Below, piece after piece: positions 17,702 to 26,286 of a stretch of DNA of 64,000 bases. How positions within the stretch are numbered: position 1 is the first letter of the stretch; every line of letters begins with the position of its first letter. The notes under the pieces were generated by a model. The model saw only the letters and a list, made by a program, of their open reading frames with translations. It searched no databases and had not been told where the DNA came from. Position numbers and translations under genes: made by a program. Source of the DNA: Bdellovibrionales bacterium. GTDB taxonomy: Bacteria; Bdellovibrionota; UBA1018. The stretch is from the NCBI GenBank assembly GCA_018266355.1, contig JAFEAP010000029.1, positions 14,305 to 78,304 on the forward strand, read 5' to 3'.

Positions 17702-18717
17702 ACCGCGCGCTCTTCACCGCGCTGGCCCTCGCGATTCCGACGTTCGCCTCGGCGGACGTCCCCGAGATCGTTCGGCGAAACGCTCCGGTCTTCGTCTCGC
17801 GAAAGGACCAGATAGCGAACCCGAACACCGACCGGATCCTCGGCGTCGGCTATTCCATCGCGACCGCGATCGACGGAACCCAGACGATCCGTTACACGAC
17901 GTTCTTCAGCGACGAGGACTCGATGCACTCCACGGAAGGAACCGACCACCAGATGGCCCGTTACGGGCGTCGGCTCGATATCGAGTGGACGTACGAGGTC
18001 CGCATCGATCCCCAATCGGGGAAGGGACACCACCGTCGCTACCACTGCGACGTCGCCCTCGGAGTCGGTCACCGGACTTGCTCTTTCTCCGGGAAATTTT
18101 ACCGAGACACGGATCGGCCGATCCTTTACGTGAACGCGCGCCATAACATCTTCGGCGACCGTCCGAAATTCCCGTACGGAACCGCCTCCGGTCGTCGCAC
18201 GGTGATCGACCCTTCTTTCGAGATTCCCTATCCGAAATCCCGAGATATGATCCCGATCGAAAACCCCGAGATGCTTCGCACGAGCGACGAAGAACTCGCC
18301 CGCGAGGGAAAACTCTCGAGTCCCTCGACGGAGTACGCCTATCTTCGGATTCGCGGGACGCTCGTCGGTTTTCCTCATCTGAGCCTCATCGCGCCCGACG
18401 GAACAGTCTATCAAAACGGAAAGCATCCGAACGACACGCTCCGGGAAATGGGCCTCGATCTTTGGCGGAGGGAAAGCGTCGTCGGAATCGAGCTTCCGGA
18501 GTCCGTTCGGTTCGCATTGAAGTCGGGAGTGGCTTCCTTCCGGCTCGGAATCAGCGGCGCGCTCGCGTTCGCCCCGCCGCTCGCGAAGATCACGCTCGAC
18601 GACGTCGGCCTATACCTCGTCGACCGCGCTCCGAACGGAACTTACGTCACGACGGACCTGAGTTCGCGCATCCGCTGCTCGGATCCGAAAGACCTCGGAA
18701 CCTGCTCGGTCGACTAG
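17698..18717 (+). CDS. Uncharacterised secreted protein, translationally coupled to spoVG
   Basis: ATG 17698 overlaps the spoVG TGA (ATGA). Signal peptide MNRALFTALALAIPTFASA. 339 aa with no recognisable catalytic motif; His/Arg-rich segment HHRRYHCDVALGVGHRTCSFSG. Confidence 0.6.
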   Translation: MNRALFTALALAIPTFASADVPEIVRRNAPVFVSRKDQIANPNTDRILGVGYSIATAIDGTQTIRYTTFFSDEDSMHSTEGTDHQMARYGRRLDIEWTYEVRIDPQSGKGHHRRYHCDVALGVGHRTCSFSGKFYRDTDRPILYVNARHNIFGDRPKFPYGTASGRRTVIDPSFEIPYPKSRDMIPIENPEMLRTSDEELAREGKLSSPSTEYAYLRIRGTLVGFPHLSLIAPDGTVYQNGKHPNDTLREMGLDLWRRESVVGIELPESVRFALKSGVASFRLGISGALAFAPPLAKITLDDVGLYLVDRAPNGTYVTTDLSSRIRCSDPKDLGTCSVD

Positions 18718-18734
18718 TCTCTCGCGCGGCGGTC

Positions 18735-19094
18735 TCAAGTTCCGCGGTAGGTCGAGTATCCGAAGGTGCTCAGAAGGAGCGGAATATGGTGGTGACGCTC
18801 CGGTTCGGTCAGACGGAACTGGACGACGACCTTCGGATAGAAACACTCGTTTCCGCGTTTCGCGAAGTACATCTGGGTGTCGAAGGTGATCTGATACGTC
18901 CCGGGTTGGGCGGGCTCGCCCGCGGGAAGCAAGTCCTCGACGCGGCCGTCGGCATCCGTGTAGGAATGGCCGAGTTGCTTCCATTTGCCTTTCGTGTCGA
19001 GGCCCTCGAGGAGAACGGGAACTTTCGTCGCCGCACGGCCCTCGACGAGGTCGAGGACGTGGGTGGTGATCGGGGATCTCAGTTTCTTCGTCAT
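18735..19094 (-). CDS. uraH: 5-hydroxyisourate hydrolase (transthyretin-like)
   Basis: 119 aa, transthyretin family; the C-terminal YRGT matches the HIU hydrolase signature YRGS. Last gene of the purine-catabolic operon. Confidence 0.85.
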   Translation of the reverse strand: MTKKLRSPITTHVLDLVEGRAATKVPVLLEGLDTKGKWKQLGHSYTDADGRVEDLLPAGEPAQPGTYQITFDTQMYFAKRGNECFYPKVVVQFRLTEPERHHHIPLLLSTFGYSTYRGT

Positions 19095-19594
19095 GCGAGT
19101 AGTTTCTCCAATCGAATTCGGGTGATCTTCGCTTGTTCGCCGGCCGCGATCCGCAGCTCTTCCTCGGGCGAATGATTCATTCGGGATTCTAGAATCGCTA
19201 GCATCTCGGCCGCCGACTTACCGGTCGCGCAGACGAGGAAAATGTGGCCGTAACGCTTCTCGTACCTCGCGTTTCCGTCGGCAAGGCCCTTCAGCACTTC
19301 CTCGGACGCGCCCTGAACTCCGCTTTGTTCGCCGCTCGCCCAGGCCGCGGTCGAACCGAACTTCTTCCGAAGATCGTCGACGCCGCCGATTCGCGGGTGG
19401 TGCACGAAGGCCTCGCGCCAATCGGCTTCGCCGAGCGCGGACCAGATTCGGTCGGCTTCGTCGAAAAGAGCGGCCGGACTCGCGAAGGGGCGGCTTTCCG
19501 CCATTCGCTCGCCCCATCGGCGCGTCCCGCAGCATCTCGCGAACGCCGCGATCGCCTCTTCCTTCGTCAATCGATTCAACTCGTCGAGCGTCAT
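19091..19594 (-). CDS. uraD: 2-oxo-4-hydroxy-4-carboxy-5-ureidoimidazoline (OHCU) decarboxylase
   Basis: 167 aa from MTLDELNRL..., with FVHHPRIGG, GEQSG and HIFLVCATGKSA. The upstream in-frame extension to 19966 was rejected because it overlaps allantoicase. Confidence 0.8.
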   Translation of the reverse strand: MTLDELNRLTKEEAIAAFARCCGTRRWGERMAESRPFASPAALFDEADRIWSALGEADWREAFVHHPRIGGVDDLRKKFGSTAAWASGEQSGVQGASEEVLKGLADGNARYEKRYGHIFLVCATGKSAAEMLAILESRMNHSPEEELRIAAGEQAKITRIRLEKLLA

Positions 19595-19596
19595 CG

Positions 19597-20643
19597 TCAC
19601 GCCGACGGAGTTCCGAAGATCCGAAGGCGTGAAATCCCGCCGTCCGGGTAGATATTCAGCCGAATATAGTCGAAGGCGAGCGCCGTCGCGGCGGCGTTCA
19701 GTTCCTTCCCGAAATGGTGCTGGGTGTGGGCCCGGAGTTTCGTGCGCGGCAGGATCTCGACCCACTTCAAATCCGTACGGTCGCGGAAGTCCGCCGCCAC
19801 GAGATCGCGCGACGGGTACCGGCAGCCTTCGATCGAGCAGCTCTCGGGGTAGTTCCCTTTGAAGTAATTCGTATCGACCTCGATTTTCGAAATTTTTCCC
19901 GCGATCGCCGTCTTGATCACGATCCAATCCGGGGTGACCGGGCCGCGTTTCCGCCGAGTTTCCCATCCTTCGCCCATCGTCTTCGCGCGCCCCGGAAAGA
20001 TGAGGTTATCCTTCGATCCGTAGTGCATGTCGTTCGCGGTCACGACCACGCCGCCGTTCTCGGCGGCGACGAGGTCGATCGTCTTTTTCGAGGCCCGGAG
20101 CTTTTTCGTGTCCGGAACGACCTCGCCGTGCACACGGAAACGCGCGATCCCGCCGTCCGGAAAGGTTCGGAGCCGGAGGTGGGTCCAAACCCGGTCGTTC
20201 CCGATCGGAAAGAGGTTGATCGAATCGCCCTGCAGCCGGGATTTCGTTAGAATCTCGGTCCACGCCGTCTTCGGGCCCGGTTTTCCTTCGGAATGGCAGG
20301 CGTCGACGGCGCAGTATTCGGGATAATTGCCCGTGAAAAAAGCGGTGTCGACGTTCAAACCGCGGACGATTCCCGGAAGTCCGAGTTCGACGATGCACCA
20401 ATCGTGATCGTGTCCCGGACGAAGGTTCCGCTTCCGGCGGCTTTCCCATCCGTCCATCCACTTTCCGGTGTCGACGTATTTCCCCGGGATGAAGATCGCC
20501 GGTTCGGGTTTCAACATGTTTTCCATCGGGGCGAAGAAGTCGTCGCTCGACGCGAGGGTCTTTCCGCCGACCTTCGCCGAAGCGAGATCGATCAGTTCGA
20601 GGAAGGAAACGGCGGGGCGGCGGGAATCGAGGGTCGCGTTCAT
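19597..20643 (-). CDS. alc: Allantoicase (two tandem allantoicase repeats)
   Basis: 348 aa from MNATLD...; duplicated motif FFTGNYPE.C...A / YFKGNYPESCSIEG. The start overlaps the allantoinase stop (ATGA). The 457-aa ORF-track extension was rejected. Confidence 0.8.
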   Translation of the reverse strand: MNATLDSRRPAVSFLELIDLASAKVGGKTLASSDDFFAPMENMLKPEPAIFIPGKYVDTGKWMDGWESRRKRNLRPGHDHDWCIVELGLPGIVRGLNVDTAFFTGNYPEYCAVDACHSEGKPGPKTAWTEILTKSRLQGDSINLFPIGNDRVWTHLRLRTFPDGGIARFRVHGEVVPDTKKLRASKKTIDLVAAENGGVVVTANDMHYGSKDNLIFPGRAKTMGEGWETRRKRGPVTPDWIVIKTAIAGKISKIEVDTNYFKGNYPESCSIEGCRYPSRDLVAADFRDRTDLKWVEILPRTKLRAHTQHHFGKELNAAATALAFDYIRLNIYPDGGISRLRIFGTPSA

Positions 20644-22022
20644 GCTTCGGGCATCCTTTTCAGCTGCGTTCCGATCGCCGCGGCTTCGGGAAATCCGCCG
20701 TCCGCGTAAACCGTTCGGCCGCGCACGATCGTCCGCGCGACCTTTCCGTAAAATTCGAATTCGGCGTACGGAGTGACCGCGTGCCGGTGGTAAATCATGT
20801 CGCGTTTCAACCGAAAGGACGCCTCGGGCTCCCAAAGGACGAGGTCCGCGTCCTTTCCGACGGCGATCGTTCCGTTTCGGGATCCCCGGCCCGCGAAAAT
20901 CGCCGTGCCCTCGCTCATCCAACGACTCACGTCCCGCGAAGTGAAACCGCGTTTCCTCGCCTCGGTCCAAACCACGGAGAGGCTGAACTGAAGTCCCGAG
21001 ATCCCGCCCCAGGCCTTCCCGAAATCACCGGTCGAAGCGAGTTTCAGCGCCGGAGAGCATGGGGAGTGGTCGGAAACCACGAAATCGATCGTTCCGTCGC
21101 GCAAGCCCGCCCAGAGCGCCTCGCGGTTCGCGTGTTCCCGGATCGGCGGCGCGCATTTATAGTGGGTCGCCCCGGCGTCGATCTTTTCCGCGTCGAAATA
21201 GAGGTAGTGCGGGCAAGTCTCGACCGAAATCGGAACGCCCGCGCGTTTCGCCTCGCGAAGGTCCGCGAGGGCGGCGGACGCCGAGAGATGCACGATGTGC
21301 GTGCGGCATCCCGTTTCGCGCGCGAGGCGGATCATCATGCGGATCGCTTCGACTTCCCAGTTCGGAGGCCGCGACTCGAGATAGGCGCCGTAACTGCGTT
21401 CGTCTTTCCCGGGCGGGAGCGCTCCTCCGCTCCGGTGAAGGTCGAGTTCAGCGTGAACGAGGAGCGGTACGCCGAGGCGGGCGAGGATCGGCATCGCGAT
21501 CCGAAGGTCGGCCTCCGTCGACATCGGGAATTCGTCGACTCCGGATTCGATCAGGAAACACTTGAACCCGAGAGCGCCGGCTTTCACCATCGGCTCGAGT
21601 TCGGCGGCGTTTCCCGGAACGACTCCGCCCCAAAACCCGTAATCGATCGCGCATTTTCCGGCCGCCGTCTCCGCTTTCACGTGAAGGGCGGAAAGGGTCG
21701 TCGTCGCCGGGATCGAGTTCAGCGGCATGTCGATTACGCTCGTGATTCCGCCGGCCGCGGCCGCTCGGGTCGCGGTTTGGAACCCTTCCCAGTCGGTGCG
21801 CCCCGGTTCGTTGATGTGCGCGTGGGTATCGAAAATCCCGCTCATGAGCACGCGGTCGCCGCCTTCGATCGTCTCCACGCCCGCGGGAAATGCGTCGTAC
21901 TCGGTGATCGCCGCGATTTTCCCGTTCTCGACGACGACGGCGGAGGGACGAGGCTCACCCTCCGATCCGACGAGCACTCGGCGGCTACGGATTACGAAAC
22001 GAGGGTTCACGGAGGCCGTCAT
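20640..22022 (-). CDS. allB: Allantoinase (cyclic amidohydrolase superfamily)
   Basis: DTHAHINEPGRTDWEGF (metal-binding HxH), a carboxylated-Lys region, and later H/D ligands (SDHSP); ~460 aa. Start MTASVNPRF at ATG 22022. Confidence 0.85.
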   Translation of the reverse strand: MTASVNPRFVIRSRRVLVGSEGEPRPSAVVVENGKIAAITEYDAFPAGVETIEGGDRVLMSGIFDTHAHINEPGRTDWEGFQTATRAAAAGGITSVIDMPLNSIPATTTLSALHVKAETAAGKCAIDYGFWGGVVPGNAAELEPMVKAGALGFKCFLIESGVDEFPMSTEADLRIAMPILARLGVPLLVHAELDLHRSGGALPPGKDERSYGAYLESRPPNWEVEAIRMMIRLARETGCRTHIVHLSASAALADLREAKRAGVPISVETCPHYLYFDAEKIDAGATHYKCAPPIREHANREALWAGLRDGTIDFVVSDHSPCSPALKLASTGDFGKAWGGISGLQFSLSVVWTEARKRGFTSRDVSRWMSEGTAIFAGRGSRNGTIAVGKDADLVLWEPEASFRLKRDMIYHRHAVTPYAEFEFYGKVARTIVRGRTVYADGGFPEAAAIGTQLKRMPEA

Positions 22023-23221
22023 TCGTCGACTTTCGCTCCTTGGTCGATCCACCGTCCGAGCGTCGTGCGCTCTTCCTCGGTGATCTTCGTCATGTTCGCC
22101 ATCGGCATGGTCTTCGTGATCACCGCTCGGAATTTGATCCGGGCGGCGAGGCTATGGATCCGCTCGTTCGTCTCGAACGAAATCCCGCCCGGCATCGGAC
22201 CGAAGGTCTTGATCACGGGGTCTTTCGAATGGCAGCTCACGCATCGACTCTGGATGATGGCGTGCACGTCGCTGAACGGCACCGGCGGTCCGACCGACGC
22301 AGTGGCGTCGCCCACGGGGCGAGTGAACTGGGAAGAAAGCGCGACGAGCGCTAGGAGCGATATCGCGGCCGGGATCGCGGCCCAGGTGCCCTTGCCTTCT
22401 TTCGCGACCATCACGTGACGGACGGACGCTCCGAAGAGGATAAGGAGGATCAGCATCACGTAATTTTTCTGACCGCTGTAGGTCATCGCGTAGTGATTGC
22501 TGAGCATCATGAAAAGCACGGGAAATGTCATGTACGTATTGTGAACGGACCGGCGTTTCGCGTGACCGCTGTGCGCGTAATCGACGGGACGATCCTCGCG
22601 GGTGGCGTCGATCATCTTCTGCTGGGCGGGAAGGATGCGCACCCACACGTTCGCGACCATCCACGTTCCGAACATCGCGCCCATATGAATGAACGCGGCC
22701 CGACCGCTCAGGAAATGACAGAAGAGAAAAGCGAACGCGGCGGCGATGGCCAACGAGACCCCGGTCGCGAGACCGGGTTTCGATTTTCCGACGGTTTGCC
22801 AGAGGCCGTCGTAGAGGAACCACGAGATCGCGAGGGCGGCGAGGCTGCCGCCGACCGCTTGGGCCGGAGTGAGGTTCGCCACCGAAGGATCGATCATATA
22901 AGCCGAGGCGTTTCCGTAATAGACGATGCCGAGGAGGCAGATCCCGCTCGTCCAGGTGAAGAGCGCCTCGTATTTGAACCAGTGGAGGGTCTTCGGCATG
23001 TTCGCCGCGGTGATTTTCTTGCGCTCGACCTCGTAGAAGCCGCCGCTATGGACCATCCAGAGTTCGCCTTCGACGTCGGGCTTGTTCGCCACCGGCTTTT
23101 CGAGCGCGGCGTCGAGCCACATGAAATAGAAGGAGCTTCCGATCCACGAAATACCCGTGATCAGGTGGATCCAGCGCACGAGATAGGCGGACCAGTCGCC
23201 GAAGTGAAGGTCGATCAGCAC
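22019..23221 (-). CDS. puuD: Membrane-bound urate hydroxylase, PuuD-type (DUF989 membrane domain plus C-terminal cytochrome c)
   Basis: Multi-TM N-terminal domain (WIHLITGISWIGSSFYFMWLD) and a C-terminal haem-binding CVSCH. Start set at in-frame GTG 23221 (VLIDLHF...), which is preceded by GGAAGGAG 6 nt upstream and gives ~400 aa. The ORF-track extension to 23659 would overlap allA on the opposite strand. Confidence 0.7.
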   Translation of the reverse strand: MLIDLHFGDWSAYLVRWIHLITGISWIGSSFYFMWLDAALEKPVANKPDVEGELWMVHSGGFYEVERKKITAANMPKTLHWFKYEALFTWTSGICLLGIVYYGNASAYMIDPSVANLTPAQAVGGSLAALAISWFLYDGLWQTVGKSKPGLATGVSLAIAAAFAFLFCHFLSGRAAFIHMGAMFGTWMVANVWVRILPAQQKMIDATREDRPVDYAHSGHAKRRSVHNTYMTFPVLFMMLSNHYAMTYSGQKNYVMLILLILFGASVRHVMVAKEGKGTWAAIPAAISLLALVALSSQFTRPVGDATASVGPPVPFSDVHAIIQSRCVSCHSKDPVIKTFGPMPGGISFETNERIHSLAARIKFRAVITKTMPMANMTKITEEERTTLGRWIDQGAKVDE

Positions 23222-23269
23222 GAGTTTCTCCTTCCGAATTTTTTCCCAAATCGCTAGGCTGGAAGCAAC

Positions 23270-23773
23270 TTGGATCTCTCTTCGGAACCCCTCACGCGAG
23301 ATGCCTATCGTCCGTACGGTGCCGTCGTCGCGGCCGACGCCGCCCTTCCCTCGAAAAGCGCGAATAACGGCACCGCGGAGCGGTATAACCACCTCGGCGA
23401 ATTGAAAAATCTCCGGGAAACGACCGCCTCGCCCAACCTTTGCGTGTTTCGAAGCCGACCCTATCCGGGTTCGCCGTTCCGGATCCGGCTCCTCGAGCGC
23501 CATCCGCACTCGACGCAGCTTTTCGTGCCGATGAGCGAATCCGCGCGCTACCTCGTGATCGTCGCGACGGGCGAAGACTCTCCCGACCGCTCGACCGTTC
23601 GCGCATTCATCGCCCGGTCGGGGCAGGGGATCACTTATCATCCGGGCGTGTGGCACCACCCGCTGATCGCGCTCGATCGCACGACGGACTTCGCCTGCGT
23701 CGTGTACGAGGACGGCTCAGCCGGTGACTGCGAAGCGCGACCGATCGATCCTCCGATCGACGTCCTTTTTTAG
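23270..23773 (+). CDS. allA: Ureidoglycolate lyase
   Basis: 167 aa, TTG start. LSSEPLTRDAYRPYGAVV aligns with the E. coli AllA N-terminus (LPLSQEAFSAYGDVI). Cupin-like motifs with His residues (HPHSTQ, HPGVWHHP). Divergent from puuD with a 48-bp spacer. Confidence 0.75.
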   Translation: MDLSSEPLTRDAYRPYGAVVAADAALPSKSANNGTAERYNHLGELKNLRETTASPNLCVFRSRPYPGSPFRIRLLERHPHSTQLFVPMSESARYLVIVATGEDSPDRSTVRAFIARSGQGITYHPGVWHHPLIALDRTTDFACVVYEDGSAGDCEARPIDPPIDVLF

Positions 23774-23778
23774 TGTCC

Positions 23779-24954
23779 TTATTTCACCGGCGTCGGATAG
23801 ACGCGGGTCGGATCGAGCGCTTCGGTATAGGGCGCGGTCCAAACCGCCTCGAAGACCTTCGTGCCGGTCGCCGCGAGGTCTTTCCGGTACATCACGATCT
23901 CGATGTCGCGGGTGTCGTAAAAATACCCTCGTGACCAATTCGAGGTACCGACCCAATAAATCGTGCCGTCGACGATCATGTGCTTCGAGTGGATCACGCG
24001 CGAAAACGGGATGTGTCCGCCCGGTTGGTCCGGGACGAAGCTCACGCGCACGGTGATGCCGGGAACGAGGGCGAGCGACTGAATCGAGGCGATCTCGCTC
24101 TTCGCCGTATTCCAGTGCGAAACGAGAAGTTCGACCCTCACTCCGCGCGCGGCGGCGGCGCGGAGGGCTCCGTCGATTTCCTTCCACGGCTCGTTCCCGC
24201 TGTAGGCGGTGGTGGAGTAGTCGAGGAGCGCGATTTGGACGGTGCGCTTCGCGTGGGCGAGCAGCGAGACGAGGCGTTTGATCCCTGGCATGAGGCCCTT
24301 CGGGTTCAGGCGTTCCGGGCTCGCGACGAGCTCGACGTCCGGCGGAAGCTTCATGCGCGGAGGAACGGCTTCGTTGCCCCACTTTCCGGTGAGGGCGAAG
24401 TTCCAGTCGTGGGCGAACACGGTGCCGAGTTGGGTCGCGATCGCCTTCGAAATCAGGTGCACGCCGGTTTCGTGGATCTCTTCGAGGGAGAGGTAATCGA
24501 AGTTCTGGCTGCCGACGAAGACTTCGCGTCCGTCGATGATCCAGTACTTCGCGTGGTGAATGCCGCCGGTGACCGGTTTGATGTCGTAAAGGGCGAGGGT
24601 GAGGTTCGGGATCGTTTTGATTCGCGCGACGCCGGCGGGATCGGTGTCCTTCATCCCGGCCCAAAGCAGGAACCGGATCTTCACGCCGCGCTTTCCGGCG
24701 CGATCGAGGGCGTCGACCGTGCGATCGAGCGCGCGGCCCGGTTTCGTGCTGATGTACATCTGCGCGATGTCGATCGTGTGGCGAGCGCCGTCGATCATTT
24801 CCGGCCAGACGTCCTTCGCTTGGCGAAGGTTCGGAACCGCGAGTTTCGTTCCGTTCGGGATCGACTGGACGATCTCGATCGGGGTCGCGGAAGCAAGAGC
24901 CGGGACGAGGGCGAGAGCCACGAGCGCGGAACGGAAGAATGAGAAGTGTTTCAT
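23779..24954 (-). CDS. Secreted phospholipase D-family protein with two HKD motifs
   Basis: Signal peptide MKHFSFFRSALVALALVPALASA. HKD motif 1 is HHAKYWIIDGREVFVGSQN. HKD motif 2 is HSKHMIVDGTIYWVGTSNW. 391 aa. Confidence 0.8.
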   Translation of the reverse strand: MKHFSFFRSALVALALVPALASATPIEIVQSIPNGTKLAVPNLRQAKDVWPEMIDGARHTIDIAQMYISTKPGRALDRTVDALDRAGKRGVKIRFLLWAGMKDTDPAGVARIKTIPNLTLALYDIKPVTGGIHHAKYWIIDGREVFVGSQNFDYLSLEEIHETGVHLISKAIATQLGTVFAHDWNFALTGKWGNEAVPPRMKLPPDVELVASPERLNPKGLMPGIKRLVSLLAHAKRTVQIALLDYSTTAYSGNEPWKEIDGALRAAAARGVRVELLVSHWNTAKSEIASIQSLALVPGITVRVSFVPDQPGGHIPFSRVIHSKHMIVDGTIYWVGTSNWSRGYFYDTRDIEIVMYRKDLAATGTKVFEAVWTAPYTEALDPTRVYPTPVK

Positions 24955-25120
24955 AGACCGGAGTTATGCGAGCGACGGCCGTTTTTCAACAACCGACGTT
25001 TCACGGTTCGGTTAGGTTCGCCCGGATAACGACGCATAGAGTCGACCAAGGTTGCCGGGGCGCCCAACCGGGCTTCCCGCCTTGAATTTACGGGGTATCG
25101 GCGGTTAGCCTCCGGAGATC

Positions 25121-26011
25121 ATGAAATCCTTCCGGCTATGTTTCGCTGTATTGGTCGCTTCGGCGTGTTTCGCTTCCCTGCCTTCCTTCGCCGCCGAGAA
25201 CGAGCTTCGGCTCCATTTCGTCGCCGCCGAAGGAAAGATCGATTGGAGCTCCCCGCGCGGGCTCCTGATCTCCGCCGCCCGGAACGCGATCATTTCCCGT
25301 TACGCATCGATGAGCCACGTCGCCGTCGAGTTGAATTGTCGGAACGCGAATGCGTACGGCGTCCGTCACGTCCTCACCGCGATGGCGGACATCGGCGGAA
25401 AGGACACGCGGAAAACCGTGTTCGTGGAAGGACTCGGTCTCGGGACGCTCCTGCACGGATTTCCGGGCGAGCTCGAAACGAGCGAATCGCTCGGCAAGGA
25501 TCTCGTGGACGCCCGCCGAAACGGCCGCGTACGCACGCTCATCATCCCCACTTCGGACGACCGCTGCGGACAGATGCTCGACTTCCTCGATCGCTGGATC
25601 GAAAACGGATCGTACACGGTTTACGGCGGCGGCCAGGACGTCTACGCCGGTCAGGGCGCGGGATGCGCCGACTTCGCGCGCGTCTTCTTCGAGATTGCGA
25701 CGGGGACGTCGATGCCCGAGGAGTGGCTCGTCCGCCTTCGGCTTCCGAAGGAACTCGTCGGAACGCCGAAGCACCCGGTTTCCCTCTTGAGCGTCCTCCT
25801 CCGGGGAGGCGCGTGGGCGAGCCCCGACGCTTCGAACATCGTTTACCTCACGCCGGACCCGACGCTCATCCACGACTGGATCCACGTCGACGAATCGACG
25901 TGGCCGGGCGGCTACGATCCGGCGACGCCGAAAGAACTCCCGCCGTTCGCCTTCCGCTACGCGACGAAAGCTTCGACGGCGGCGATGTGGAAGGCCGTTT
26001 CGATCCGGTAA
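25121..26011 (+). CDS. Uncharacterised secreted protein (possible His-then-Cys permuted papain-like fold; speculative)
   Basis: Signal peptide MKSFRLCFAVLVASACFASLPSFAA. Conserved-looking HVAVELNC...YGVRHV...GAGCADFARVFFE segment. 296 aa; divergent from the PLD gene. Confidence 0.55.
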   Translation: MKSFRLCFAVLVASACFASLPSFAAENELRLHFVAAEGKIDWSSPRGLLISAARNAIISRYASMSHVAVELNCRNANAYGVRHVLTAMADIGGKDTRKTVFVEGLGLGTLLHGFPGELETSESLGKDLVDARRNGRVRTLIIPTSDDRCGQMLDFLDRWIENGSYTVYGGGQDVYAGQGAGCADFARVFFEIATGTSMPEEWLVRLRLPKELVGTPKHPVSLLSVLLRGGAWASPDASNIVYLTPDPTLIHDWIHVDESTWPGGYDPATPKELPPFAFRYATKASTAAMWKAVSIR

Positions 26012-26109
26012 GCCGTCACGCCCGACGGATTCCGGAACTTCCGCAAATACGGCGAAACCAAACCCAAGCCGGCGAGCGCCGAATACCACGCCAAGATCGA
26101 CCAATACCG

Positions 26110-26129
26110 TCGATGGCGGAGAGGGTGAG
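26110..26129 (-). repeat. 20-bp direct repeat of the tRNA-Ser 3' end (att-like scar)
   Basis: tcgatggcggagagggtgag occurs at 26110-26129 and again at 26283-26302 (the 3' end of the tRNA), in the same orientation. Confidence 0.6.
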
Positions 26130-26247
26130 GCACGAGCGCGGCGATTTCCGAAGGAAATCGATCGCGACGCGTTCCGAGTGCGCGCGAAATCGCGAAGCGA
26201 TTTCATGCGACACGGAGGAAGCGAAACGAGCCATCCCTCGATCGAAT

Positions 26248-26280
26248 AAGAAAGGGCCCCTCGCAGAGGGACCCTTTCTT
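26248..26280. terminator. Strong bidirectional hairpin (15-bp stem) between the secreted-protein gene and tRNA-Ser
   Basis: aagaaagggcccctc-gca-gagggaccctttctt, with one G-U-compatible mismatch, flanked by A/T. Confidence 0.5.
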
Positions 26281-26286
26281 ATTCGA

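Noticed and set aside
19597-23659. Long N-terminal extensions of uraD (to 19966), alc (to 20970), allB (to 22052) and puuD (to 23659) in the ORF track
   Set aside because: The extensions overlap the upstream coding genes, or allA on the opposite strand, and have Arg/Gly-rich composition. Internal ATG/GTG starts coincide with stop-start overlaps, or with a strong RBS in the puuD case.
24955-25120. Candidate promoter motifs (CTTGAAT...TTAGCC) in the divergent region between the PLD-like gene and the secreted ORF
   Set aside because: Poor -10 match and ambiguous spacing; not distinguishable from chance.
26016-26234. 72-aa minus-strand ORF between the secreted-protein gene and tRNA-Ser
   Set aside because: Arg-rich, no RBS, and it overlaps the direct repeat and hairpin region; most likely non-coding.
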